Of a stretch of 64,000 bases of DNA, positions 1 to 12,553 are shown one piece after another (within the stretch, counting starts at the first letter, position 1; the number at the start of each line of letters is the position of its first letter). Location of the stretch: NCBI GenBank assembly GCA_965113315.1, contig OZ220371.1, one strand, 5' to 3'. The position numbers were made by a program, and so were the translations under genes. The DNA is from Podarcis vaucheri. Taxonomy: Eukaryota. The notes below the pieces were generated by a model. That model saw only the letters and a program-made list of their open reading frames with translations. It made no database searches and had not been told where the DNA came from.

Positions 1-628
1 TAAAACAAGAGAAATATACCAGGAGGATGAGGGGTTCCATTTCTACCCTTCACCCATCAAGTGCCAGAATATTTTGGTTAATCATGTAATTATGTCCTAG
101 CATGCTTAAGAAAAGACATAAAAAGGTTAAATGATCTAGTGCTTCCCTTAGGTGTCTGTAGTCTCTTAAATAATTGTCAAGTAGTATTAAGAGGAAGGAT
201 TTGCTTGTGGTTAAGGCGGCATTCTTGCATTTAGGAAATCAAGCTTCAGTCACTGTTTCTGCCCTAGACTTACACTTAAGACTCTGGGCAAATATTTGAT
301 CTCTCTTCATTTTAAAGAGCTTGCCTCTTTAAAAATGAATATAACATGAATCTGTTTATTACAGGCATTCAGGGAAATGGTTTGGTGTTGAAAAGATAGG
401 TGTTCAGTACAGGAAATGGGGCAAGACCCAAGCATCTGCAGTTTGCCAATGTACTTGCAATTACATGCATGGCACCTGGCATTTCATGATGGCACTGCTG
501 AGTACACTGTCACAATTCTCTAGAGCGTATTTAGAGTGTAACTAGAGTTCTAACTCTAACAAATTCTAACTACAGTGTAGTTAGAAGCTTCCCTCTAACT
601 TTCTGGGGACCTGCACTTTGTCATGGCT

Positions 629-1226
629 TGTCATGGACTGGTTGGATGCAGAGGAATGGTGGAAGGAACCACCAAGGGAAGAAGGCCCAGAGCCAGGGGA
701 CTGGTGGTGGGATGATGATGAGTGGTCAGAGGGAGAAGAGAATGAAGACTGGGCAGAAGAGGTGTTGGAAGCTGAAGAGGCAACAGGGCTTCCTGAGCTG
801 GGAGAGCCTGTGGCAGAGAGAAGTCCAGAATCAGAAGCTGAAGCTGAAGCTGAAGCTGAAGCAGGAGAGTGGAGGGGGGAGCCAAGAGGCAGGAATGAGT
901 CAGGCTGGTAAAGAGTCACAGGTGTCTCCACCTCCTGCTGCAACAAGCTCCCCTCCTTGCCTTGTTTTCCAGAACCAGAAGAGGTATGAAAAGAATAGAG
1001 GAGAGTTTGGCTACATGTAGGCTCAGTCTCCAATTGCTTGGGAAAAGACCTAGAGAGGAGACCTAGACTGTTATGGCGAGGCAGGGACTTTCGGTCTCAG
1101 CAACCGGAGACGAGCTGTTGTGTTTATTAGACCTGACACTCAGCCAAGTGAAGATCATGTTTTTGCCACTAAAGAGTTAACTCCAACTTTGAATGGTGTG
1201 ATTTACTGCCAGCTCACTCTTTGACA
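629..1226 (+). mobile_element. Probable solo LTR (Gypsy-like)
   Basis: TGTCA at 629 (duplicated TGTCATGG at 619) and TGACA at 1222-1226 form TG..CA inverted termini. Purine-rich U3-like body with a (GAAGCT)n repeat at about 834-860 and an ACTAAA polyA-like signal near 1168. No clear TSD. Confidence 0.6.
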
Positions 1227-1348
1227 CGTCTTCAACATGGAGCTGTGCAGAGGATTAAGGTGACTTGCTGTTGTGTGCCTCCGTATCCAAGCCACACCAA
1301 TGTGGAAAGCCAGAGCATACAGTTGTGTAGAGAGCAGATACTTATAGT

Positions 1349-1668
1349 AAGGGCCAGCCCAATACATTTTTGTTCCTGAGGCAAAGGAGAAGATTGTAAC
1401 TTCTCCTGCTATCCCATGAGTAGTTTGGCAGCTGAGTCTTACTTCAACACTGGCAATGGGATAGCATCCTTAAGTGGACCTGAGGGCAGCAGGCTAGTTT
1501 AGGGAGCATATGACGGGCTGTGGCACACACACCACTGGCTTCCAACAGAAAGAAATGGCTGGAGGAATAGCTGGAGGGGCTTCTCCTGCTGCTCTCCATC
1601 ATGTGCTGCCCCCGTCATTTGCTCCCAAGGCAGTAGCCTCCCTCTGCTTATTGGTAGGGCTAGCCCTA
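1349..1668. mobile_element. Old non-autonomous hAT (Tip100-like) MITE
   Basis: Termini AGGGCCAGCCC / GGGCTAGCCCT; degenerate 8-bp TSD CTTATAGT (1341-1348) vs CTTACGGT (1669-1676). Confidence 0.6.
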
Positions 1669-1983
1669 CTTACGGTCAAACAAAAGAAGAAATCCTAGCT
1701 TTCATCAACATGGAACTTCATTCAAATGAGATCTAAGCCAAGGGGCAGAACATTAAAATTCTAGTGTTAAATCCATAATAAAGCATGATCAACAAAAGCA
1801 ACAGTAAATGGGTCAGCACAGAAAAGCCAGAGGTGAACTATTTCCCAAAGGCTACCTTAAAAGGGCAACTTCTTCATTTATTTCTTGACTACATTACATT
1901 AGGGAAATATTCCTGCAAAAAAAAAGAAAAGAAAAGAAAAGCATCTTGGGCAAGGGCTGCATATGAAACTGCATGCGTTAGGA

Positions 1984-2317
1984 CAGGGGTCAGCAAGGCT
2001 TACCAGGCATGGGCCAGATCACTTCCACGGAGATCCTCTGGGGGCCGGAGCAGCACAGTGTGACACCGGAAATCGTGTCTGCGCATGTCTGCTGCGCTGG
2101 AAATGGCTTCTGCGCAGGTGCGATTTTCAGTATCTGGGCATGCGCAGAAGCGATTTCTGGAGCCACGGAAGAGAGTCCCTGCACCACACTGCACCGGTTT
2201 AGCGCAGCACGCGGGGACTCGCCGAGCAGGCGGCTTAGTTTGGGGGTGGCTCGTGGGCTGGTTAAACAGCCTCCGTGGGCCGCTTCTGGCCCATGGGCTG
2301 CAGGTTGGGGACCCCTA
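1984..2317. mobile_element. Non-autonomous hAT MITE
   Basis: TIRs CAGGGGTC.. / ..GACCCCTA; perfect 8-bp TSD CGTTAGGA (1976-1983 and 2318-2325); internal inverted repeat CCGGAAATCG..TGCGCATG / CATGCGCAGAAGCGATTTCTGG. Confidence 0.9.
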
Positions 2318-5300
2318 CGTTAGGAGAATGAGACCTCAAAGGCATGCAAATTGTCATGCACACCTTTAAGATAAAATTATGCAAACTGATGGGGAAACGG
2401 GGTGAATCACGAGAAGGTAAAACTTGCAGATTTGTCCACCCCTAGGCAAGAGCAGGTCTGCTGGAGGGAAGGACTTTCCCAGACAGCATATCTGCTGCAG
2501 CTGTTTGTCTGCTTCACATGGCAGTCTAGAGCGATTACTAACCAGATTACCAACCAGTTGTTAATTGTCTGCCTATTTGAGGTGTGAGCAGCTCACCTTC
2601 AAATAGCCATGGCAGAACATCCCAGGAATAATTGAAAGAGAAAGACACAGAAGGGTAGCTTATGCCTCATTTTCCCCTGGTGTAGGTGTGTGCGTGCACA
2701 CAGCCCCCAGTGTGATACAAGCACACTTCATGGCTCTCTGCACAGTTTTTCCTTCCTCTTTCCATTATAGGCACTGCCTCATATGGCCCTCGAGGTCTGT
2801 GCGAACTGCTAGTCAAGCCACAATTCCTTAAAAGGACCTGAGCAATTGACTGTATTAATGAAACAATTAAATTGTGCTCCTTCTATCGTGTCACAATCTA
2901 ATCCAGGCTCTGCTCTGCTTTGCAAAGGATGATACAGAAAATTCTGGGAACTGCATGAAGTCTAATCGCTTTGGGCACTTCTCTCCCCCCCCCCCGCCCC
3001 CACGAACGCAATAGTAAAAAAGAAAAGAAAGAATTGGGCCCCATTCCCCAGCCCAATGAATCAAAAGAAATTAAATCAGCAGACAAATGCTTAAACCCCC
3101 TAAGGGCTTTCAGCCTCTTTCAGTTTTTGCAGTTGTTTATACTAGAATGCCCCCCCCTATATAAAAAGAAAAAGAAAACCCTGTGATACAACTCCAATCC
3201 ATAAGAACAGTATTTCTATAATTTCCAGAGGCAATTGGGAAAGTTACAGCAGATTTTAGAGCTGAAGGCTCAGTTCATTCAGGAACAATGCCAGATCATT
3301 ATTCTTGGCTTTCTAAAGTTTGAAAATAGCTTAGGGGCATGAGATGTTATGCACTGCTTGCAATATATTGCAAAGAAATACCTATCTTGTCAATCAAATG
3401 ATGTTTGTGTAGCTCAACTGAGTTTTGTTTTTGTTAGCTGCTCTTTAAAAAAAGCAGAGTTTGAAGATCGGCTGCCCCTTATCATCAGCAATGAGACTAA
3501 CTCCAGGTTGCAACACACAGACCACAAGGATGACACATCTTGGCACTGATGCACAGAGGCCCATAGGCACAGTCTTCTCTTACCAAATGCAATCATCATG
3601 GCATGTGTGTCTCCTGGAGCTATTTAACTTATTAAGCCAACAACTACTTAAAATGGCAGGTTGCTCTTGGAAAAAACCAACTTGCTGATTTCTGTCTGTA
3701 CAAGATCCCATTTGATGCACATAAATTCTGAGAAAATCTATGCCTAGAGCAACAATCCATCTCTGGGAGACTAGAAGAAGTGTTCTGAAGCATTCCTTGG
3801 AAATCATCTTTATTCACAATCGGCAAATGCAACAGGTACAAATCATTTGGGATCTGCTAAGGTGTGAGGGCAAGGATGTTGACTGATGGTGACCAATCCT
3901 TGACAGCAGTTGGCAACAGCACTGCTATTTCTGCATTAGTATTCTACAAAGAAGTCAGAAATGGGACACATGGCACTTGGCACTTATATGGAGTGCTTCT
4001 CTGCCATCCATAGGAGCCAACTCTTAGGGGCTGAAGAGGCTTCAAAAAAAGCTCAACAACTTTTGTGTCTCGACTTTCACTCTGTCACTTATTGAAATAT
4101 GGCAACCCTAGGCAACGTGGGATGAAAATCCTCACTGTATGACCCCAATGCACTCTTAGATGACTGTCCAATTCAGATGTTTGCAGTCACGATAGATTCA
4201 AGGATGCAGGAACCTCTTATCCTGATGAACAACTTCCCTGGGAGTCAGGCTGGCCAGAAGAAAAAGGCCTTGGGTAGCTGCTTATAATAAGTGACTAGCT
4301 TCTCTTGAGCCAAGTCCCAGTAGAGAAGGCCAGCTAGAAAGTTCACAGGGTACCAACTACTTAGCTAGAAAGATCCACTGTGCACAGCCTGCTTCCATGC
4401 ACTGATAATGACAACTTTCCTGTACCAGATTCCTTCACTTCACAAGGCAAGCACCTAATCCTTTAAAGCTTCTGACTATAGTGATAAGTGGTAAGTAATT
4501 CCATTATACTGACATGGTGAAAGCATAGGATTTGAATGTGCTTATACCTCTCCATCAGGTCAAGCCACTAAGATTAGTAAATGGGAAAGATCATTGATGC
4601 CATGACTTGTCATTCAAAGGAATTGCTGGTGAACTTTAGAAGTATCATCTGCAGGTCATGTCTGAAATTTATTATTTTTTTAAAAATGTATCACTTAGAT
4701 GAACAACTTGAACCAATAAGAAGGGACCAAGACAGTGGCTTTTCTTGCACATTCTCTGTCCATAAAATCTTACTCTAGTATAAATGTTTTCTTTGTTGGT
4801 TGGGTTCATTCTACATGGGGCCCCTCCAGTCTGGTGTTTTATTGTTTGTGTATTCTTGACACAATAAAAAGTTCATTAGTTGTGGATTATTTTGCTTTAG
4901 TTATGTGACACTAAATGTTGATGTCCAGAAGGGCTCTACCATGAGAAAAGTGGTACAAAAATAAACTAGAACATTTGTGTTATAAAGGTTTTGGGGATTT
5001 CAGCAGGAGATTACAGGATATGCCCTCCATGGAAATGAAGCTGTGAGATCTCTTGTCTGCCCAATAGCATCATGAACACAAACAATCATGAATACACAAT
5101 AAAAAGGATGACTATGAATGTCTGGTCTTTCTGGCAACAACCAGTGGAAAGAACCACCACCTTCTTCATTGTACATAATGCATATTTGGGAAATGAAAGA
5201 ATAGGCAAAAATAGAATGCAAAAACGGATCTGGAAGCTAGGAACTGTACTCAGAGTAACACAAATTAACTCTTCATCACATACTAAGAACGAAACACATC

Positions 5301-6651
5301 TTTCAATTACTTCTCATAGTTATGGCCATGGATTTCACACCTAGAATGCAATGGGGGCTGGAACTGTGGAGGTGATGGGAGGCAATATTTCTGAAATGTA
5401 GGTAGCAGGTTTTGCCTTTGTCTTTATTTTTCACCCCACCATATCCAAACAAATTCAAGCAACATAGAAACCAACTGAGGCATAGTTTACTGCACTAGCA
5501 TGGCATCTCTACAGGGAGGAGGCATGTGGGTGGAGGTATTGGTATACCAGTGAAGTGACCTAGTCTTAATGCATTTGAGAATGCAGTAAAATACATTTTA
5601 AGAGCATTGGTACGGTAGCAGTATTGTTTATGCAAGCCTTTAGCATGTCCTAGTTATGCCTTAACATCTTGTGCTGATTAAAAGCAGGAATCCACATGAA
5701 AACTTGAAATAATCAGTGAAAAGGAAATGGGAATAATAGGAGCTATTTCCTTTCTTTGCATTTTATGTGCCCGCTCTGATACGAGTATCTAGCAGTCCCT
5801 TGCAGCTTTGCAAGAGCCATCTCAACTGTATGCCTTTTTAATCTAAGTTTAGCCGTAATGTTGCAAGGATACCTCTCATGCCCCCACCACTTTGCCAACT
5901 GAGCAAATTTTGCCACAGAATCTCCTTCCTAGCTTTGTTAGGATTCTAGTATGCATAGTATGCAATTCTCATACGGAATGGCTCTTATTTTTGTTACATT
6001 TTATGTAGGCCAGATCACTGAAGTGTTTCAGTTGCCAAGATCTGCGTCCTGAGAAATAATTGCGTGGGTTGTTGCAAATTTCCTCCTCCTTCTTTTAATA
6101 AAAAAGTTGTATTGATGTTTCAGATATAAAGAGCAAAAAGAGAAAACAAGGAAGAAGGCAGCTCCCTCCACAACTTCTCGTCAGGGATCACATTTCTCAT
6201 CCCAAAGGTATATTTTCCTCTTCCATTTACTGAGCTCCAATTTTTGAAATTTTATTAAACTATCAATTTTGGGTACAACAAAGCAATTCTCTTGAGGAGT
6301 GTATGAGATAATTTGAACATGGAGGAAAGTGCCTGAACAAACATATTCTAGGAACAGAGGCAGACTCTCCTTCATCCAGTTTCAGTCTACCACCACCACC
6401 AGCAAGCTTTGCCTATTTTTCTGCTGCTCTGGAGGCCCCGCTCCCTTCATTTGATTGCTTAGCAACAAGGATTAAAAATCCTTAACTACAGCAAATTTTC
6501 TTTATCTGCCTTAGAAGGTTGCCTCCATGCTTTGCTTTCTAACTTTCTTTACAAATGTACTTACTTAAAAATAAAGCTAAGAGTCCAGGCCCTCTGCTGG
6601 CTTGGGGCCCAGTACATGTGTACCCCACTGTACCCCACAGTCAGTGTCTTT

Positions 6652-6746
6652 GACTCCCATCATCCCTGACTATTAGCAATGTTCGTTGGGACTAATGGGA
6701 ATGGGAATTCATTAACATCTGGAGTTCCACAGCTTCCTCACCCTTG
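6652..6746. mobile_element. Degenerate copy of short palindromic hAT MITE
   Basis: ACTCCCATCATCCCTGAC..ATGGGA..AACATCTGG resembles the MITE at 9801-9930. Confidence 0.5.
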
Positions 6747-8319
6747 AATATAGAGAATAAAACCTATGAGAATGAGATTCAAGAGCTGAGCTAAAATTGC
6801 CTTCCTTGTTCTGCTACCCATTTTGGGTGGTGGAGGAACAGGAGAGGTGGCCATTTTGGAAGCTACCAAATATTGGAGGAGGAAACTACTGCCATGAATA
6901 TTTTGGGGGAGGGCATTTACCCTTTCTCTCACACACACAGCTTGAAAATAAATCGGGGAGAATTCATTGGTGTGATCAGCAGCTGGACGCCCTTATTTTT
7001 TTCCTTTTAAAGACACTGGATGACACTGTCTTAAATCAAGACACAGTATTGTCCCAATGTCTTCTGGAAGCAAAATAATGCAGTTTGCAGCTGGCTGTCC
7101 CAAACAGCTCCCTCTTTTGATGTTTGCAGACAGAAACAGTATTTCTGAACTGTGGGGAAAGAATGAAGGTACTAACAGCTAAATACTTCCTGTGAAACAG
7201 TTCAGCTGCTATTTTAAGAGACAAAATACTCTAGTCAACCCACTCATGGTATTGACAAATTTGATAATTCTCACTGAGATATCTGGAATTTATACGGTTA
7301 AAAGGATGTAATTTTGCTTTCATGAAATCCAGTGGTATTTATTACAACACATTTCCTTTTCCTGTGTTCATTTTGACCTAAAGGTTATTAGAAGTGGGGT
7401 CTACAGATTACATATTAAACATTATAAGTATGAAGCACATACCTTGTTAATTTCATTCAAGAATATGTTTCTGTCTCAACACGATTGATCATGGTTTTCT
7501 AACATCCTCTGAAGGTCTGCAAAGCATCAGCAAGCCCATGTTGGTTGACATTTAAATCCTTGGGAGCTATTCAAACAAAATAAAGGTTCTTCTATTAATA
7601 ACTGTTTTATGTAGCTGAAATGGCTCACTGTAGAGGTTGTGATGACATCCATATCCCTACTCCCAACCTTTTTATTTTCCCTGGTGCTTTCTCAATCAAG
7701 AACTGAAGTCTTGCTCTTATGAGCCCTTAGTATTTCTTAGCATCCTGTTAGTGTAGTTCTGTATTTCATAATACTGTAGATATTATCTAGCACTGAAGGA
7801 AGGTGAGTGATATGCATCTCATATACAGAATATAAGAAAGTGGATCCTATTTTTTCAATGTAGTGACAATTTCAGTCTTGAGTCAGACACCACACTTAGT
7901 TATTGAAGATGTTTGCTTCCCCCCACCCCAGTCTTTTACGTCTGGTTGCATTTAGCAGTTGACCATCACAGTAACACTTGCTGGGTATTTTTAAAGTAAT
8001 CATACATATATTTCTGATTGACACAGAAGAACAGCAGGTTGCCCTGTCCAGTTTATTGGACCATAGTGAATCAGGCTTTGGGGGTTGTATATATATGGGG
8101 CAGGTGAGCAGTTCCTTCCTTCACAGTCTATTTAAATCGGTAAACATAGTGCAACAGTTCAATGAAAGAAGAATAAAAAATATCAGAAAGCAAAAACAAA
8201 ATACCTAAACTAGGAACCTGTAACCCTCCAGATATTATTGGTCCTCAACTCTAATAAACTCTGACTATTGATCACCCTGGCAGGGACTGAAGGGAGTTAA
8301 AACCTAACACCAACTTGTC

Positions 8320-8570
8320 AATAGCCTTCTTAAATTGTTGTGCTCAAAACTGGACACAGTATTCTAGGTGTGGTCTGACCAACACAGAATAGAATGGTGC
8401 CTATTACTTCTCTTGATCAGGACACTATACTTCTGTGATGCAGCCTAGAATAGCATTAGTATTTTTGCAGATACATCATGCTGTTGAGCTTGTGGCCTAC
8501 TAAGAACCCTTTTCACATGTACTACTGGCAAGCCAGGTGTCCCTCATCTTATATTTGTGCAGCTGGTTTC
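8320..8570 (-). mobile_element. Old CR1 LINE RT-region fragment
   Basis: Reverse complement aligns by eye with the CR1 at 41200-41470 (AACTGGACACAGTATTCTAGGTGTGGTCTGACC; GATGCAGCCTAGAATAGCATTAG). Confidence 0.75.
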
Positions 8571-8654
8571 TGTTTAGGTCAGAGATGGGGACTCTGTGGC
8601 CCTCCAGTTGTTGTACAGCCATCAGTAATGGATGCTTTAGTTGAAATTATTGTG

Positions 8655-8722
8655 TTGAGGGGGATTGGACTAGATGGCCCTTGGGATCCCTTCAAAACTC
8701 TACAATTCAATGTTTCTATAAT
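8655..8722 (+). mobile_element. CR1-type 3' tail fragment
   Basis: GGGGATTGGACTAGATGGCCCTTGGGATCCCTTC..ACTCTACAATTC matches the CR1 3' end at 41875-41936. Confidence 0.65.
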
Positions 8723-9230
8723 CCTTTGGCAGGAAGAGCTGCCATACTGAAAATTCATTTGGAAGCTATTCCAAGGCTGGTGATTAAAATAAGGAATATC
8801 CATTATGCCCTACATTACAGTTTTTGAAGAAAATGGGCTAAAATAAGAGAGAGAGATTGCAACCTTACCATGAAGATAGCAGTCCTCAATGAATTGTCTT
8901 ACTTCCTTTAACAAAGCCAGGTGGAAAGCTGAAGCCATCCCTGCTCTATACTCCTCTGTCTAGCCCAGAGAGATTTATATAACCCTCATTCTGTCATGAT
9001 TAGTCTCAGCTGGGTCAGCTTCTGCAGACTTAAATTAACCCCATATGGACCAAAAAGAGGAACATACCTTTTGACAATCCATTCTTTAGCAAAAAAAAGG
9101 ATTTCCTCCAAGTGCTAATTATTGCTATGGCTGTTTTTTGTTGTTTTTTTTGGAGGGCCTAGATTGCGCTCACACACACATTTCAGTGGGGCACTTTTGA
9201 ATATAATTGTTACAATATAATTATGGAATA

Positions 9231-9294
9231 CAAAAGCTTATGCCATAATACATTTGCTGGTCTTTAAAATGCCACAAGACTCTTGTTTTTGCTG
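9231..9294 (+). mobile_element. Old Penelope-like element terminal fragment
   Basis: AAAGCTTATGCCATAATACATTTGCTGGTCTTTAAAATGCCACAAGACTC is similar to the Penelope end at 44838-44897. Confidence 0.5.
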
Positions 9295-9369
9295 TAATTA
9301 TTGCAATTTAGTATGTGAAAGATATTTTTAAACAAAATTTACATTCTGAACAGTACTAGACAATCATAG

Positions 9370-9718
9370 GTAAAGGTAAAGGGACCCCTGACCATTAGGT
9401 CCAGTCGTGGCCGACTCTGGGGTTGCGGCGCTCATCTCGCTTTATTGGCTGAGGGAGCCGGCGTACAGCTTCCGGGTCATGTGGCCAGCATGACTAAGCC
9501 GCTTCTGGCGAACCAGAGCAGCTCACGGAAATGCCGTTTACCTTCCCACCGGAGCGGTACCTATTTATCTACTTGCACTTTGACGTGCTTTCAAACTGCC
9601 AGGTTGGCAGGAGCTGGGACCGAGCAACAGGAGCTCACCCCGTCGCGGGGATTCAAACCGCCAACCTTCTGATCAGCAAGCCCTAGGCTCTGCGGTTTAA
9701 CCCACAGTGCCACTTGCA
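9370..9718 (-). mobile_element. Sauria SINE (Squam1), full length
   Basis: tRNA-like head with A/B boxes at 9640-9713 on the minus strand, typical Sauria body, (ACCTTT)n tail at 9370-9380; TSD ACAATCATAG (9360-9369) / ACAGTCATAG (9719-9728). Confidence 0.9.
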
Positions 9719-9778
9719 ACAGTCATAGCTCAAGGAAATTCAAGTACTACCCTATCATTTTTAGTTTAGAAGGAAACC

Positions 9779-10128
9779 TAGTGTGGTATAGCGGTTAGAG
9801 CACTCAACCTTGGGTTTCCATATGTTGTTGGACTACAACTCTCATCATCCCCGATCACTGATCTTGCTAGCTAGGAATGATGGGAGTTGTAGTCCAACAA
9901 CATCTGGGGAGCCAAGGTTGAGAAAGGCTGGGTTAGAGTGTCAAATGAGGACTTGGGAGACCAGGGTTCAAATTCCCACTTGACTATGACACTTGCTGGG
10001 TGACCTTGGGCCATTCTCTGCCCCTCAGCCTAACCAGCCTCACACAGCTGTAATGGGGATAATATGAGGGAAGAAGTAAACTATGCACTCCACTTTGAGC
10101 TCATTGGAGAAAAAGGTTGGTTAGAATG
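9779..10128 (+). mobile_element. tRNA-derived SINE (MIR/Squam3-like) interrupted by a MITE
   Basis: A-box TGGTATAGCGGTTAGAG, B-box GGTTCAAATTCC at about 9965, core GGGTGACCTTGGGCCA..CTCAGCCTAACC..CTCACA. Confidence 0.7.
9801..9930. mobile_element. Palindromic hAT MITE nested in a SINE
   Basis: Near-perfect fold-back (CTCAACCTTGG..TGTTGTTGGACTACAACTC / GAGTTGTAGTCCAACAACATC..CCAAGGTTGAG); perfect 8-bp TSD GGTTAGAG at 9793-9800 and 9931-9938. Confidence 0.9.
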
Positions 10129-10250
10129 TGGTGCTGATAACACCATGGTTCCAGGTTCAATTCCCACATGGGACAGCTGCATATTCCTGCATTGCAGGGG
10201 CTTGGCCTAGATGATTCTCAGGGTCCCTGCCAACTCTACAATTCTATGAA
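10118..10250 (+). mobile_element. tRNA-head / CR1-tail SINE (Squam2 / P.s.1-like)
   Basis: B-box GGTTCAATTCC followed by CCTGCATTGCAGGGG..CTAGATGA..CCAACTCTACAATTCTATGA (CR1 3' end). Confidence 0.7.
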
Positions 10251-11815
10251 ATGCAATGAATAAATGAATCAATCAATCAATCAATCAATCATGTCTATGC
10301 ATTTGCAGCTGGGCAAAAACTGCACAATTATGGATACCATCATTTATAAAATCCACATCTCTTGATTGACTCTATTTTATTTGTATATTATTTGCTGATT
10401 TAATTGTTTCATTGTTTGAAGGCCACAACACTTGCAAGTGCATACACTGCTGTGTGTGACATATTGCCACGAAGCATATCATGGCGTGGCGTGGGATTTT
10501 GCAGAAGAAGAATAAAAATAGTTCACAGGTTTTAGAATTATAAAGTGATAGAATTGATCTTTGGCTTTGCAGCTTTCACGGAAGCATTAAAAGAAGTGGA
10601 GAAGACATATAACATGAATTAAAAGATGCTACCTTTAGCAGAAGAGCGAGAGCAAGAATGAGTGACAGTAGGAGAGTGGAATGAAACGTTGGGCAGGGTT
10701 AGAATGAGTGACAGGTTGAGAGTGAGACAGATGAAAGTGAGATAATGAAGAGATATTAAAACAAGCACATCCGTTGAGAAAAAGAGATCTGTATAGGAAA
10801 TTAGAACTATGAGTATTCTGTGTAAAATGACTACATGTTCTGTATGCTATATTTCTGGATTCTAAGGTATCAGATCCAGAATGGAATCCTGGCGAAGGGA
10901 CTTTATCCATTACCCTACACCATTTTCCCCATTAAAGTTGTCACTGCCAAGCTGCTGTTTGCCCCATATGTGAATGAAATTTTCAGTTATTATACAATTA
11001 CCTGTATGTTCTCTCTTCCACCCACCACCCAATAAATCTCAACTTCAGCATACAGTAGTAGGATTGTCTTTGCACTGTTCAATCAAACAAATGTTTACAA
11101 TACACTTGTTGGCAGTTATGGGGAATATATACAACATTAAGAAACACTGTAGAAAGCTAGCAGTTGACTGGACGGAATAGCTTCAGTGGAATACCAGACC
11201 ATTTAAAATGCCCCCAGCTACCACCAAAGGCTACGTATTTTTTAGAATGTGTTGATTTTTTAAGATCTGAAGTTCTATGGCACAGCTGGGATTTAATCAA
11301 CCCTGTCGCACAAATCTCATGGCCTCATTTCTATACTGAAGTTTTTGTTGAGAAAGAAAAAGAAAAGAGAACTAGGGGAGCTATCTCAAAGGAACTAAAA
11401 GCAGTACTGGAGGTATCTTCCCTGCAGGCACCCGCTCCCCCAAAATAGGCCAGAATTTACTTTAGGTCAAAAGAAAACTGCTGATCTGGAAATAATAGTA
11501 CATTCCGGAAAGGCCCAGCTGTCACCTCTCACCTCACAGCTGCTCTACATTATTGCAACAAGGAAACTAAACAAAACAAAAGCTCCAAAAGTATTATGGC
11601 GATGATTATTCCTGTGGCAATACTGCATCTCCATGGTATTTGTAATTAGTAATTTTCTTCAACAGTGTTATTAAGGATTAAACAATTACTTTGCCTTGGC
11701 AGCTCACTGGTAAGCAGGAATGATGTTCATTTAGGCACCAGTAAATGCATCAGGATCAATTTACCATCCCTATCCCAACCACTGTGGAACCAGCCTACAG
11801 ATGGACACCCAAACA

Positions 11816-12553
11816 TGTGTAAGCTCCTGTATGAGGTATCCAGAACCCTGGAAAGTGGAAAAATCTGCAATCACATATGACACCAGTCTACCCGTTCCAC
11901 AGACTCATCCATACCTAAATGAATGCCTGAAGATGGTTATTATCTTCCATGGTCATATATGCCTAGGACAATGGAATAGGAGGAAGTGAGGCCAGACATT
12001 TGTCCCAGGACAGCCAGGAAATGGTCTGCAATGGACCAAAGGACTCCAGTATTCTGAAGGCCAGGCCTGTAAAGACAGGCAGCCCAGCTCAGGATGCCTG
12101 GGCTAACCTTCCACATCAGGTTGAAGGAAATAATAGCAGCCCCAGTTAGAGATACCCTGGAACTGAGAGGTAGTCAGGATGAAGACATTACAAATGGACA
12201 TAAAGAACAGGCTGTAAGCTGTCTCTCTATACATGAATTTGAAGAATTTATAGACTATAAGCAAACAAACAAAAAAATATAAAAAGACATGACACAAGGG
12301 AGGAGGAGTTGGTCAGGGAATTGTTTCAATCAGCGCATTTTATCTTAAACATATATTTTAGTTCAGTGCATGCATTTTATAGTTTCAATGAATATAAAAG
12401 GGGAGGGCTTTTGAGCTAGGGGAGGGATCCACAAGCAAACCAATCTACCCGTACCCTTGTAGCCTTCTAGGGGGCGGGAGGTGGGGGGGTAGGAAGCAGA
12501 GTAGTTGGGAGTTTTGTCCCTGTGGTTTTAACCAGCTTCACCTCTCTCACACA
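11816..12553 (+). mobile_element. Possible old solo LTR
   Basis: TGTGTAAG..CTCACACA near-inverted termini and TATAAAA motifs at about 12278 and 12393; no TSD found. Confidence 0.3.
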
